From positions 100,440,001 through 100,504,000 of the forward strand of contig OX597819.1 in assembly GCA_951406725.2 (NCBI GenBank): a stretch of DNA of 64,000 bases. Direction: 5' to 3'. Under the pieces are notes generated by a model. That model saw only the letters and a list, made by a program, of their open reading frames with translations, had not been told where the DNA came from and did not search any database. Positions 30,440 through 44,371 of this stretch are shown here, piece after piece. Position 1 is the first letter of the stretch. Each line of letters opens with the position of its first letter. Made by a program: the position numbers and the translations under genes. This DNA is from Octopus vulgaris. Taxonomy: Eukaryota.

Positions 30440-31100
30440 GATAGAGAAAAATGCAGAATGTGTGATGGGAGGGGTGAAATGGTATGGCACATCGTTAGCG
30501 AATGCTCGAAAGTGGCACAACGCGAAAACAAACAAAGCCATGACAACGTGGGAAGAATGACCCTTTGCATGCTCTGTGAAAATCATGGCCTACAAAGAGC
30601 AAAGACGTGGTATGAGAAAACACCAGAAGGAGTCACCGAAAATAACAACTACAAAATCATGTGGGATGTAATGATCCAGTGCAATCACCTGACCAGACAC
30701 AGGAAACCGGACAATTTGTGGTGAATAAAAATGAAAGAACATGTATGATAATCGACATAGCATGCCTCGGTGACAACAGGATTAATGTGAAAGAAAAAAA
30801 AAACTATGGCAATTTAAAGTAGGAAATAAGAAGGTTGTGGTCAATGAGGAGAGTAGACGTGATAACAATAGTGATTGGTGCACTTGTAAGTATCAGCACT
30901 CAACTACTAGCATGGGTGAAAAAGATTGGTGCAAGTGTGAAGGTAGAAGACCTACAAAAATCAGCATTGCTTGGAACTGCAAGAATTCTTCGCAGGGTTC
31001 TTGAAGCATGACCAGTAAACAAGTGTCTCCTTAGTCTGTTGGCTGTTGACAGCTATCACTTTCCAACATACCAACGAAATAAACTGTGAGTTTTCATATG
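30440..31100 (+). pseudogene. 3' end of an R4/Dong-clade non-LTR retrotransposon (CCHC knuckle, RLE endonuclease, 3' UTR), followed by (TAA)n
   Basis: CRMCDGRGEMVWHIVSEC..HDNVG..WYEKTP..IMWD..RKPD, frameshift, CMIIDIAC.GD..EIRRLW..VIGAL..LQKSALLGTARILRRVLEA*, with the stop at 31009-31011. Confidence 0.85.
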
Positions 31101-31112
31101 ATAATAATAATC

Positions 31113-31207
<95 letters not shown>

Positions 31208-31384
31208 AGCATTATCGCTGTGAAAACAACATCCATCCATGAATTTATTTATTTATTAATTTTTTAAATACATATTTTATCTGTGAATTTGCGCGTGTAA
31301 TCCGGGAATGCATAAAATGAGCTTCTCTGCCCTAGGTGTATGGAAACACTCGGCGAGAAACGGAAGAAAATTTGAAGAAAGAAG

Positions 31385-31472
<88 letters not shown>

Positions 31473-31504
31473 TATAATAAAAATAATAATAATAATATTA
31501 ATGG

Positions 31505-31710
31505 TTTCAAATTTTGGTACAAGGCCAGCTGTTTTGAGGAAGTGGGTAAGTCGATTACATTGACCCCAATGCTCAACTGGTATGTATTTCTTCAAACCCG
31601 AAAAGGTGAAAAGCAAAGTCGACCTCGGTGGAAACGGAACTCAGAAGCTAAGGGCAGATGAAATGCCGTTAAGCATTTCTTCCGGCGGGCTAACAATACT
31701 TCCAGCTCGC
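31505..31710 (-). mobile_element. SINE family A inserted in an (AAT)n tract
   Basis: TTTCAAATTTTGGTACAAGGCCAGC..AAGTCGACCTCGG..CCAGCTCGC. Confidence 0.75.
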
Positions 31711-31757
<47 letters not shown>

Positions 31758-33015
31758 TAATATTAATAATAATGAAAATAATAAAGGTTTATAATTCGCC
31801 AGCATTTATAATTGGCTAACTCATAAGAGACGTCAGTGTTCTATTGATTAATTCGTGTGTTTATGCCTGTGTTTGTGTGTTGGTGTGTGAGAGAAAGAGA
31901 GAGTGAGAGAGTGTGGGTACGTGTTTGTTTGTTTGTCTATGATCTAGTGTGTATCTCCCTGCGTGCGTGCGTGCGTGAGTGAGTGTGTGTGTGTGTGTGT
32001 GTGTGAGTGAGAGAGAGAGAGTAAATGATGTATTGTCTCCATTAACTGGTCAATTAAGACACTACTTAGCCAATGAAATGATGAAGTACCTCAACATATT
32101 TTATCTGTGTGCACGATGCACATTGAACTTCAACACACACACATACACACACACACACACACACACATACACACATATACACACATTTATATATATCACG
32201 TCTTTACTTCAACTCAGTAAATCTCGGGTTTGCTTCTATGTGGCATGTCAGGAGATGATGGTTGTAGGTCGATTGTGTGTCACCCAACAATATCTCATTC
32301 TTCATCACTCTGATATCTCCTTCTCTCTCTTTCTCTGATTCTGGTACACTTTATTTTCTCTATCTTTCTATGCGGCTATATTTCATTGAAACCGCTTCGT
32401 ACCTCCACTTCTTAATCATACTTCTATCCCTCTCTCCTTCTCTCTGCCTATCGCTACTCGCGCCTCTTTCCACCTGTTTTTCATCCCCACCTCCCACTCA
32501 TATACGATGCAAATATAGACAGCTGAGATAACGAGATTGAGAAAGTGAAAGTACTAGAACGAGTGGTTGACTTCTATTTTTCTTACATATATCTGTGGTT
32601 TCTCCTACTCACACAGTTACGGTTCTCACAATTTCGATGGACTGAATCATTATTTACTGGTCTATCTATATACGTATTTCAGTTACTTCTCTTCTTATCG
32701 TTAATTCTGTTTACTTGCCTTTGTTTCTAACTTGCTTTAAAACATTCTTCTTACTACATCCCATTTGTTGCTTTTGTTCCTCACTATCTTCTTTTAGCCA
32801 ACTCAGTGTCATGTAAATGGCCAGGACAGTCGATTGGTCGGATTATTTGAATGATTGCTGTCATTTTTCAGGCTTTTGCATTACGAGTTAAAATCCTGCC
32901 AAGGTAAACTTTGCCTTTCACCTTTCGAAGTCAATTAATGCACACTAGTCAATTAGTAAACCATTTGACCTATTAACTAATCGATTGTTCGGTCAGTCAA
33001 TCAATCAATCGGCTA

Positions 33016-33067
33016 GGTTTGTCAAAGTCTTTTAGTCGCCATTTTTGACCTCATCAGTGACATAACC
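33016..33067 (-). ncRNA. Decayed hammerhead (G12A)
   Basis: ggtt(a)tgtca-CTGATGA-ggtc aaaaatggc gact-AAAA GAC TT-tgacaaacc, with a 9-bp stem I. Confidence 0.55.
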
Positions 33068-33272
33068 TCTCTATTCTTGGTCTGTTTCAGGTCCAGAAAT
33101 CAATACTTTCCCAGAAGGCTACACATACAGAGAGAAGACTCTAAGACAAGTAGCTCCATTTTTATTATTTGAATGGTAATTATGTGATCAACATTGGTAA
33201 TGGAGTGAGACTTTCGTGATGTACCTTTATCAAGAACTGGTAGGGGACAAATACAGACACACACGTATGTAA

Positions 33273-33319
<47 letters not shown>

Positions 33320-33440
33320 CATACATACATACATACAGGGTCTTCTAGCAGCCACCCTCTTGACCCAGGGCAGTACTACCTCCTCCAGGCACTTGATGTA
33401 GGCCTCCGTGTTGAGTCTGAGGCGGTTTGGGAAGATGATA

Positions 33441-34679
33441 TACAGGGTGCTTTGAATAAATTGTCGTTTGAATTACGCAAAAATGGAAATAACACTGACA
33501 TCTCATTTCATCAGATATATTTAGCAAAATTGCATAAAAATATCTTGAAAAACTAAAGAGCAAATTTATTCAATAAATCGCCATTGGTTTCAACCACAGA
33601 CTCCAGGCGACTTCGAAATCTTCTGCCACTCTTCAGGACGGTCCCCTTGTTCAACAAGGTGAATGCTGCCATAAACCATGCCTTCAGTTCATCTTTGGTG
33701 TTAAATTGAGTCTTGTTAGTCTCCCGCTCAACTGCACCCCACACATAATAATTAAGGGGGTTGCAGTTTCGGTAGTTAGGCGCCAGATGTTAGGAGTGAT
33801 GTGGTCGCAGAAATTGTCTGACAGCCATGAATGTTGCCAGACACAGGAGTCTTCCATCAGCCACCCACTTGACCCGGGATAGCACTACCTCCTCCATGCA
33901 CTTGATGTAGGCTTCTGTGTTGAATCTGAGGCCGTGTGGGAAGATGGATGGGGGCATAACGTCGCAATCACCAGTGATCACTCCAAACACCATGATATTG
34001 ACTGGATGTTTGATTTTGTCATACTCGGTACAAGTTTTGGGGACACGGCAAGCCAACGGTGGTCCTGTGTGTTCACCAACTTATGGTGGCAGAAATTTTT
34101 CTCGTCTGAGAAAAATCCAAAGCATGTTCGGATGGAGGGGATGCTTGACTTTATTCAAAATCTTCGTAGCAATATCTTTCCTCTTGTCTTTGATGGTCTG
34201 GATTGAAAATTGGCCCTTTCTCATCTTTTATGAGGAATACTGAATGTCTTCATGCACTAACTGCCTGATAAGGAACTCAGAAATTCCCATATCGCTGGCG
34301 ATGGACCGAATTGACTTGGAGGGATCGTTGTCACCAACTGATTTGGGAGTTATTTTCTTATCAGAACGATCAGAGTGAGTTTACCGAGCTGCCGTATCTT
34401 CGCAATCACAATTATACTCATCCAACTCTTTCCGAATGTCCTGCACCGTCCTCAGATTGACACTCAAACAGTTTGAAATGTTCATATTGGAGCTTCCGGA
34501 GCGAAAGCCAAGCAGTACAGCATGTCGATTCTAAATTTCTGCAGAGTGAATTTTGCCAAGGTGCTGTTTTCCTCATCGACGGTACACAACTGACCCTACT
34601 ATAGTGTGTAGTCGACAAAATCAAAGATAAACAATGCGTATGCGTGAAATGAAAACAATTGCTCATCGCAACCTGTGTA
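33441..34679 (-). mobile_element. Tc1/mariner superfamily transposon (maT/DD37D-like) with disrupted transposase
   Basis: LNKVKHP..W.FSDEK-like, KHPVNIMVFGVIT..VMPP.IFPHGLR.NTEAY, and (WPP)..CNPL.YYVWGAVERETNK..RRFRSRLESVVETNG. Decayed CAGG(G)T termini next to TA. Confidence 0.85.
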
Positions 34680-34699
34680 TACACACACACACATATATA

Positions 34700-34815
34700 T
34701 ATATGCAACGGACTTCTAGTTTCTGCCTACCAAATCTTTCTTCGGCCCGAGGCATCGGCAGAAGACACTTGCACAAGTTGGCACGCAGTGGGACTGAACT
34801 TACAACCATGTGGTT
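34700..34815 (-). mobile_element. SINE family B, 5' fragment
   Basis: AGAAGACACTTG..GCACGCAGTGGGACTGAAC..ACCATGTGGTT. Confidence 0.65.
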
Positions 34816-35423
34816 CGCGTCTGACCTGGTAGGATTTGAACATGTAACACTCAGACTTGAAAACATACACCAGTGTAACTCGTCGAAAACTTTAACCATT
34901 CCAAGTACTAAACTAATGCATTTTGTTCGACTCCGAAAGGACAATATTGCAAATTTGCACTGTACAAAATCTGAACTCACTGCGCTGAAATTTCCTCTCA
35001 AATACCTTGAGATACACGATACAAAACTTTAACGACTCCGCCAATTCGCCATGCTTAGATAAGTGAAATACGAAATGCGATTTATTTCAGCTATATAAAG
35101 AAAATAAAGCTTCAGGCTTACAGATTGCAGTAGGTAAATAAATATACAAATAAATAAATGTATGAATAAATAGCATTAACATGGGAATAATTGGCAGTCC
35201 GACCTGTAGGAAGGTAGAAATGTCACTATACAGGTAACTGATGTTGGCCAGGTGAGAAATATTAGGACTCAACTAACTCGATTCTAATTGCAATGACAAT
35301 CACGTCGCTTAAGTGGACAGGCGTGATATGTTTACACTTCCGAATGAGGATGTGTGTGTGTGTATGTGTGTGCGCGCGTTTGTGTGTGCGTGCATGTGCG
35401 CATCAATCTCTTTCTATATGGAT

Positions 35424-35514
<91 letters not shown>

Positions 35515-35601
35515 CATACATATATACTTATATATTTATATAATCGCTGCACATATCTGTGTAAATATAAGTTATATATGCACGCACGTACACTCGTATG
35601 C

Positions 35602-35957
35602 GGCATTCCGTCAGTTACGACGACGAGGGTTCCAGATGATCTGATCAACGGAACAGCCTGCTCGTGAAATTAACGTGCAAAGTGACTGAGCACTCCGCAA
35701 AAACGTATACCCTTAACTTAGTTCTTGGGGAGATTCAGCTGGCCCTTTGGAATACAGATATAACAGAAACAGGAAGAAAGAGTGAGAGAAAGTTGTGATG
35801 AAAGAGTACAGCAGAGTTCGCCACTATCCCCCTACCGGGGCCTCGTGGAGCTTTAGGTGTTTTCGTTCAATAAACACTCATAACGCCCGGTCTGGGAATC
35901 GAAATGAATGAAGAAATCGCATAAACATGGGAATTGCGCTAAGCCATTGCACCTCCA
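35602..35957 (-). mobile_element. tRNA-derived SINE, head C with tail X
   Basis: Reverse complement of 61266-61644, with small internal rearrangements. Confidence 0.8.
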
Positions 35958-35959
35958 CA

Positions 35960-36023
<64 letters not shown>

Positions 36024-36050
36024 ACACACTCACACACACACATACACTCA

Positions 36051-36101
<51 letters not shown>

Positions 36102-38267
36102 GTATATATACAAATGTGTGTTTGTATATACATATATAAATATATGTGTGTCAGTGTGTATGTGCATTTATACACGTATGTACGTATGTATGAACGTGTA
36201 GATATATGGTTTTGCAATTTAGTACGCATGAATCTATCTGAATTTATCTTAATATATTCTTGAGCGCGTGTTTATAGTTAAATGTCCTCTATCCTCTGTT
36301 TAATATAGGGAAAAGAATTGTTTCCCATATAATAACTATATATATGTCTATAAATATATGCATATATACATATATATATATTTGTATGTATACATATATA
36401 TATATATATATATGTACAACCACACACCCCACAAACACTGACACACACAGACTCACACACACATATATATATATAGAGAGAGATATGCACACATAACCGG
36501 TCCTAGACGTTCAAATGTGTGTATGAAACGAATGAGTTCTTTTATGTACGCACTGCATTCTATGCCTACAAATGCGAACCACGTGATGCAGCATCCTTTC
36601 AGAATTCTTTAATATTTAATCTGTTGGCTGGTCTGCGTTGTGAGATCTTAAAAGAAGCGAACGTTATTCGAACTTCTAGCATGGATCATGATTTACAATG
36701 GACTATTTTTGGTTGGTTAACCATTAATCAAATTTGAACGATCAGGATCATAATTATAAAGCTTCTACCTATGAATACCTGATCATTTTGTTTTTGCTCG
36801 AAACCATACTATGCAATGCGACCTGTTTCTTTTCACAGTAGATTGTAACATCCGGGATTGAACCATTGGCTGTTATTTATAGTAGGTCGAGAAATCTCGA
36901 AAATGCTTCGTTATCAGTTCTTAACAACCTGGTAAAATATGAGTAATTCATATGCTCTTATCTTCTCCAATTTTTTGGAGGATATCATATGTCGGTTGCT
37001 TAATTATACTTAGATCATGTGCTTTGTTGTAAATAAAGTATCATTCCAGCGAATAGAACCTTAGACACGTACCTCTGAAAACTACATTGAATATACGCTA
37101 CACCTGTCAACACGCTTATTTCTCTCTTGCTGAATGTCTGATTTGCACTCATTTGAATGTTCCTTTCTCAAATGGGCGTAAACCGACATGCACCTCACCA
37201 CGTTATGTTACGCCAAGTGTGTATTCCCCTCGTTAGCTTTGATTGTTCTTCGATTTCGTATCGCAGGCCCCAGCTAGTAACATTAATATAGTAGATTGGT
37301 CTCTGCCCTATCTTAGAGTTGTTTCCAAACTATAACATCCGATACATCTAGTTTTCAGCTTATAAGCAATTACCAACAAAGCCAAGCCTACGTTGAATAA
37401 AAGTTGTAAAAATGAGGCCAATTCTATTCATGAATATTACGATGACACGAGGTTCGAAATTAACGTGTCATACATAGTACATTATTCTTTCTAGTATAGG
37501 CAAAAACCTTGAAATGTTAATCGCTCTTACACACGAGTTCTCAAACTTATGGACAAGGTTATGTTGATTACAAGGAATCCAATAGTTGACTGGTACTTTA
37601 TTTTATTCACTCCGGCAGTTTCAGTTTCAAAGGGGACTTCAGTAGGATGTGAATTCCGAAAGGAAAGAGTCACCACAAATTGAGCAGTGCGTTTTATTTG
37701 GCAGTCTTACAATTCCACCAATGTGCGCCCTGAACATAGATATGGAAGTTCATGTTTTCGCTCTTGATGGTAATACTAACAAACCTGAAAAGTCTGAATC
37801 AATGAAGTGTAATTATTAAATGTTTTCTTAAAAGTGAAGCGGTGAACATGCTACCGCGTCGGACAACGACCTTACATTATTCCTCTCCACACAATGCGAT
37901 TTGACTTGAAATCCGGGAGTTTGTAGGCACACATTTCAAAACTTAGTTGCTAATCCAGCAAAAGTTAGTACTACTGCCTGGTATGCAGGTAATATTTCAG
38001 GGTTAGAGCAAAATCTTCAGGAGGTTTACGGAGAAAATGTGTTGATAACATATACATACATACATACAGACGGACAGACGGACAGATGGACTGATAGACA
38101 CACATACACTCATACTCACGCGCACGTGCACACACGCAAATACACTCATACACATGGAAGTGTATACACTCACATACACATGCAGGTATTTATGTATAGA
38201 CATATATATACATATATGTACATATATAAATAAGTATATGTATACGGTGGTCTTATACACATGTGGT

Positions 38268-38344
<77 letters not shown>

Positions 38345-38726
38345 ATATACGAGCAAAACGCCCTCCGTCCAATGGACGGTGCTGAGTTGTCAAACATTTA
38401 AACCAAATTTTCTCAAACAACTTGTCTGACCGTCTCATAGGCTTCTCCTTTGAGAAACACTGATTTAACCTAAATTTGAGACACTACCAAAAGAAGAAAT
38501 AAAGATAGACTTTTTTTCTATTCCAAGAAAAACGATTTTATTCACTCAAATATGCAACCGAAGAGTTTAAAGTATCAGTAATGATAAAGCTGTTGACTGG
38601 GAGAACACAAACATGGTTTAAACAGTAAGCTTGGCAAGAAAGAAACGTGCCTTTCATCAGTACAAAAGCAACAAAAAATGGAAGGTGAAGTTATGTACAG
38701 GTTGACGGAAGAAAGGCAGGACAAAA

Positions 38727-38870
38727 ACGGCTTTATCGATCGCATTCTCACCTGGAATCGACTTTTGCAATTTTTTTTCAAGACTTATACACGCCCTGAT
38801 AAATCGATATCTACATATCAAATTTGAGCGCAATCGGATGGAGGATGCCCGAGATCATAGAAGACAGACA
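38727..38870 (-). mobile_element. Second copy of the 20411-20548 repeat
   Basis: Reverse-complement match over about 140 bp. Confidence 0.75.
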
Positions 38871-39681
38871 TATATACACCCTCACAGATATCTACAGAAT
38901 CAACCACATAATACACTGACGCGTATTTATATCAAGAAAGTACCTTTATAGATATATATGTCTCTGTCTCGCATAATCTATTGTAATCTAACAAATTCAA
39001 GAAACTCGCGTGAATGCACACATTCATAGATGTATACTTACAATATATACATGCATGTATATATACATATGTATGTGTGTGTACATGCCATATATCCATG
39101 CATATGATACACGTATACATATATACATATATATTTGCTTATATGTGTACACAAGTTTAAGTATGTATGTGAAATCACAACAAATTAATAGCATTTGATT
39201 GCATTAGGAGTCCTTCATTAGCTACAGTAAAACCAATATCCCTAAATAATAAACCATATCGTAACACCATCACTACACATAAAACGACCAACAAAAATAT
39301 AACACTACATAATGTCCATATTTACAGTCATCATAGTGAAAATACAATAAAAATACTTCTTCTCATCAACATCTTCACAAACAACACCACACAATGCATA
39401 GAAATACAAGAACTAAATGAGTATGTAAATTATATTATACGACAAAATAAAATGGAACAGGAGAATTGATAAGGTCTTCTATGAATAGAAATACAATTTT
39501 TATTTCCAAATATGGTAATTACGTGAAGTAGATCAACGAACGAATACTTTGGAACGTGTATTCACAAAATACACAATTTTTGCAGTATATATACACATAT
39601 ACGTACATACAGGCTTTAACACACACACACATACACGCGCGCACACACACACACGCACACACACACATGTATATATATATG

Positions 39682-39731
<50 letters not shown>

Positions 39732-40145
39732 TTCATATGTAAAGGTATGTATGTATATATATATTCTTTTGTTTTTTTTTATGTTTCAGCCCTAAAGCTG
39801 GAGCCAAACTGGGGGCACCGCCTGTGTTATCACCTTTCAAATGGCAAATCTTTTGTGATTTGGTGAAGGATGTATTCCGACACTGCTGCCCTCTTTTAAG
39901 ATTCCTCCCTGGATATTGCTTCATCTGGGATCTTAGATAGCAAGAAATCAAGTTGTTTCTTCAGAACATCTCCCAATAAATAGAAATACCTCATGTTTTG
40001 GCAAGGCGATAAATAGATGTGGGCTCTCGAAACCCAAGCTATTGCAGTACGTGGTCCTCTCTCTCTTTCTTTCTCTCATTATATATATGTATATATATAT
40101 ATATGTATATACATATATGTATATATATATATCTATATCTATATA

Positions 40146-40208
<63 letters not shown>

Positions 40209-40352
40209 GCATACATACACGTGGGTGACTGGGGAAGAATTAGAGTCTCACTCGTCTGTATACGGAAGTGCTGTTTTGGGGATATTAGTTATCGATGTCG
40301 CTTGGTCGAATGTGTATTTAATTATTAGTACTCTCAAATTTACAATTAGAAT

Positions 40353-40427
40353 ACTACACTGAAGAAGGAAATAAGTGAGTAAAAATTAAAATTTTACATC
40401 TCTTTAATCCAGAAACGCGTATGTAGT
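40353..40427 (+). ncRNA. Type-I hammerhead ribozyme, canonical core
   Basis: actaca-CTGAAGA-agga..tcca-GAAAC GC GTA-tgtagt: perfect 6-bp stem I and ACGCGU palindromic stem III. Confidence 0.8.
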
Positions 40428-40685
40428 TAAAGACGGCCGGGTGGATTCGTTATTTTTTCTCTTTACCTACGTAATTTAAGAGTATTGCTGTCTGGGAACT
40501 ATCTTATGGTAGAAGAATAGTATTTAAGGAATGAAAGAGGATTTAACGTTTTGAGCCTTGCTCGTCTTCAGAAAGAGAGGAAAGTCCATAAGAAGGGAAG
40601 ACGGAGGAAGAAAATCGCGAACGATACACACGCTGTTAATGACAGTCAGACAGACACACAGACATATAGATATATAGATAGATAA

Positions 40686-40758
<73 letters not shown>

Positions 40759-40992
40759 CAACCGGACAGAAAGACAGACAGATAGATTCTTTTTATTAAT
40801 ATTGACCAGAAGTGAGAGAGTGGCTCATGGCCCGAGAGTTTCGTGCGCTGGCACTCAGCAAACTGTTTACATCTGTCACTAGTTCGATAAGTGCCAAATC
40901 TCGGACCTTGAGTCACTTTGTTATTTTTGGTTTACGTTAATGAAAATATCCATTTACTCATATTTTGACATCTCTTTTTCTTGTTTGCGACA

Positions 40993-41070
<78 letters not shown>

Positions 41071-41094
41071 ATATATGCATCTATATATCTCTCT

Positions 41095-41130
<36 letters not shown>

Positions 41131-41134
<4 letters not shown>

Positions 41135-41699
41135 ATATACGATAAAAATTTTTACGGGAAAAAAATTTTATCAATGGCCAGCATATCAAAAAATGCCTTT
41201 AAAGGTAAAATTTATATATAATTTACAAGATAAGGGCAGAAGAAAACTTCTAATGCCAGATACGCCGAAACAAATACCTTTAAAGGCATTTTTTGATATG
41301 CTGGCCATTGATAAAAAATTTTTCCCGAAATACATTTTATCCTATATCAATTATAAATAGATTAGTGTTTCACTTCCGGATTCTATCACTCTGTGAAAGT
41401 TTCTAGTTCGAATCGCACGTGTCTAGAGGTGCACCGAAGATTTTTCTATTTGGATATATTTGGGGTACTTAAGTCTGCTCGGGACTTGGTGCTTGCTTCT
41501 TCCGTGGGTATGAATAAGTATTTCATTTATATCTCGCGTATGTGCCGCTGAAGAGGGGAAAATTTCTTGTGAATTAACCCCGAAATTGGACCAATACCGT
41601 AATAACGAATTTTTTAGAGATTTCTATCGGTTTATTTCGCGACGCATAAATTTAATGGTTATGGACAATTTTTTTTTGTTTCGGCGTATCTGGCATTAG

Positions 41700-41702
<3 letters not shown>
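41131..41702 (+). mobile_element. (TA)n-flanked HHR element with two interleaved inverted repeats
   Basis: IR1 is 41131-41207 with 41275-41351. IR2 is 41248-41274 with 41676-41702. Confidence 0.85.
41543..41601 (+). ncRNA. Type-I hammerhead ribozyme
   Basis: tgccg-CTGAAGA-gggg..cccc-GAAA TTGG A CCAA TA-ccgta, with one stem I mismatch. Confidence 0.7.
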
Positions 41703-41796
<94 letters not shown>

Positions 41797-41804
41797 CTAT
41801 ATAT

Positions 41805-42000
41805 AGGGCTGGTGGAAAGTTCACGAAAAAAAACAACAAAAGACGAAGATAGGTGGTGTAGAAAACAAACAGATGTATTAGTATAACGTTAAGGAATTGA
41901 AAAAGTCTTTTAAGTTTCGAGTCTACGCTCTTGTACAGAAGGGGACGCAGACAAAAGAAAGAGAGAAAAAAATGTGTGTAGTGGCTACCGATCTATCATG
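41805..42000 (-). mobile_element. Short repeat of the CUGUUGA-core HHR-like family, decayed
   Basis: Homologous to 51610-51850. Motif at 41906-41943. The 3' part also matches 25895-25950. Confidence 0.65.
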
Positions 42001-42015
42001 TATATATGTATATGT

Positions 42016-42073
<58 letters not shown>

Positions 42074-42404
42074 GTGTATTTATGTGCGTCTCTGTTTCTT
42101 CTTTTTGTCCACATATCTCTTGTTTAAACGTCATCTGATCAAAAGACAACTGTCGGGTTCTCAGCTTAATAAATGACAAGATTAATTATAATTTCGACCA
42201 GGAAACTCTGGGAAGCTGTTTTTAGCAAGATTACATGTTCTTTGTTAGGAAATTACATACACCTCCAAACACACACGCACGCAATCACGCACGCACACAT
42301 AAGCATTGTGAGAATAATAACTCAGTGTGCGTATCGGGGTCACATATTCGAGGTTCTAATAAATCTATAGGTTGCTATTCAGGCACTCAGCTATAAGTAC
42401 TCTA

Positions 42405-42662
42405 CATTATTTACACTATTTACATTTGACGAATATTTGTCCTCATCTTGTTTGATGTTAACACACCATTTCGGCTGTTATACCCTCCAGCCTTCATCAG
42501 GTGTCTTGCGGAAATTTCGAACCTGAGTTCTCATTCCTAAGGTATTTTTTTAGATGTTGTTATTATTACCACAACGCCATATGGCGTAGTGGTTAAGAGC
42601 ATGGGCTTCTAACCCCAAGATTCCGAGTTCAATTCCAGGCAGTGACCTGAATAATAATAATG

Positions 42663-42722
<60 letters not shown>

Positions 42723-42898
42723 TAAAAAATACCGTAGGAATGAGAACACAGGTTCGGAATTTCCCTAAGACATCTGATGAAGGCTAGAGGGTATACCAGC
42801 CGAAACGTGTTATCAACAAAGAAGATGAGGACAAATATCCGTCAAATGTAAATAATGTAAATAATGTGCATAATTCCTCATCTCTTAAATATAGAACT
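42405..42898 (+). mobile_element. tRNA-headed SINE with (AAT)n linker and HHR-containing tail, preceded by an inverted copy of the tail
   Basis: Inverted tail 42405-42567. Head 42576-42650 (A box TGGCGTAGTGG, B box GAGTTCAATTCC). (AAT)n 42651-42720. Tail 42721-42898. HHR motifs at 42460-42505 (-) and 42769-42811 (+). Confidence 0.8.
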
Positions 42899-43420
42899 GT
42901 ATTAGTACACTACAAACTCTTTAGCAGAAACACCGGTAAGCTAATGAAGTGCATAATATGGCCATCACCATTTTCCCTGTGTCATTCTTTTTCTGATACA
43001 TAACTTAGATAACTTAGATATGTTTCGACCAAAGATTGGTCTAGGCCATGTCTAACTTAATAGCACCACCTGATAGGATTATTCGAATCCTTTTTAAGTC
43101 AAGTTATGTTTAAGTCAAGTTTTGTTCAAGTAGTGAGTTCTTGTTGGGTGAGTTGTATCCAATTATGGGTGGCTTATCTGGTATTCTTTTTGAAGGAATC
43201 TATCCAGACTCCGTTTAAAGTTGATGGGATCCTTTTCCTCTTTGATCTCCCACGGGACAATGTTAAATAGGGCAGGGCCTGTTGAGGAAAAGAAATTATG
43301 TTGCAGTGTACATGTATGTTGTGATCTTGAATTGGGCAGGGGAAGCTAATGTTAAGGTCGTTTGGGCAAAGTTGGCGGTATATTCTCCACATCGTACAAA
43401 TGATGTACCGCTCACGGCGA

Positions 43421-43491
<71 letters not shown>

Positions 43492-43546
43492 ATGTATATG
43501 TATATATGTATATGTATATATGTATATGTATGTATATATGTATACA

Positions 43547-43602
<56 letters not shown>

Positions 43603-44129
43603 AGACAAAGATAGAGAGAGCACAAATACATACCTATGCATATTTGTATGTGTGTGTATGTATGAGAATACTAAACTCCTCATTATATATGCAAAGTATG
43701 TGTGCGTGTTTCTATCACTCTTTCTTTCTCTCTCTCTGTGCGTGCATGTCTTTCTCTCTCTAAATATATGCACATATTCTAGACAACATGAAATGAAAAA
43801 GCCATTTTACTAATTGTTAAAATCTCACTCACCAACTCATTACAACGAAGCAAGTTGACACGCTGTCTCTATTTTCTTATTTATTTTAAATAGAAAATAA
43901 TATTTTACATCCGAGCCTATCCGTAAATCCACTGAATAACCCCAGCCCCGTCCCAATGTAATTACTCCGCCCAGTCGATTCTTCCCAGTTCGTTAACCTT
44001 CTGGAATCACTTCCCGTCGATGTATTTTTTACATGCAGACATCAGCTTACAGACGAATATAGACTGCATCGATCTTGTGAGGACATGTAAAGGTCATGGG
44101 TACACTATACACAACCATCTATATATATA

Positions 44130-44176
<47 letters not shown>

Positions 44177-44315
44177 CACATATGCATATATATATATACA
44201 CACACACACATATATATATATATACGTACATACATATCTATATACATATGTACATATATATATAATTAAAAATATATCTATAAACACACACATATATGTA
44301 TATATATTATATATG

Positions 44316-44371
<56 letters not shown>

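Noticed and set aside
38625-38670. CTGATGA with a ggca/tgcc hairpin on the minus strand
   Set aside because: GAAA and stem I are absent. It could be a very decayed HHR, but this cannot be supported.
42576-42650. tRNA gene (also 58181, 61266, 48530)
   Set aside because: A and B boxes are present, but there is no complete cloverleaf or acceptor stem and each continues into a repeat body. These are SINE heads.
43010-43060. Hairpin followed by GAAACATATC on the minus strand
   Set aside because: There is no CUGANGA-like core upstream of the stem.
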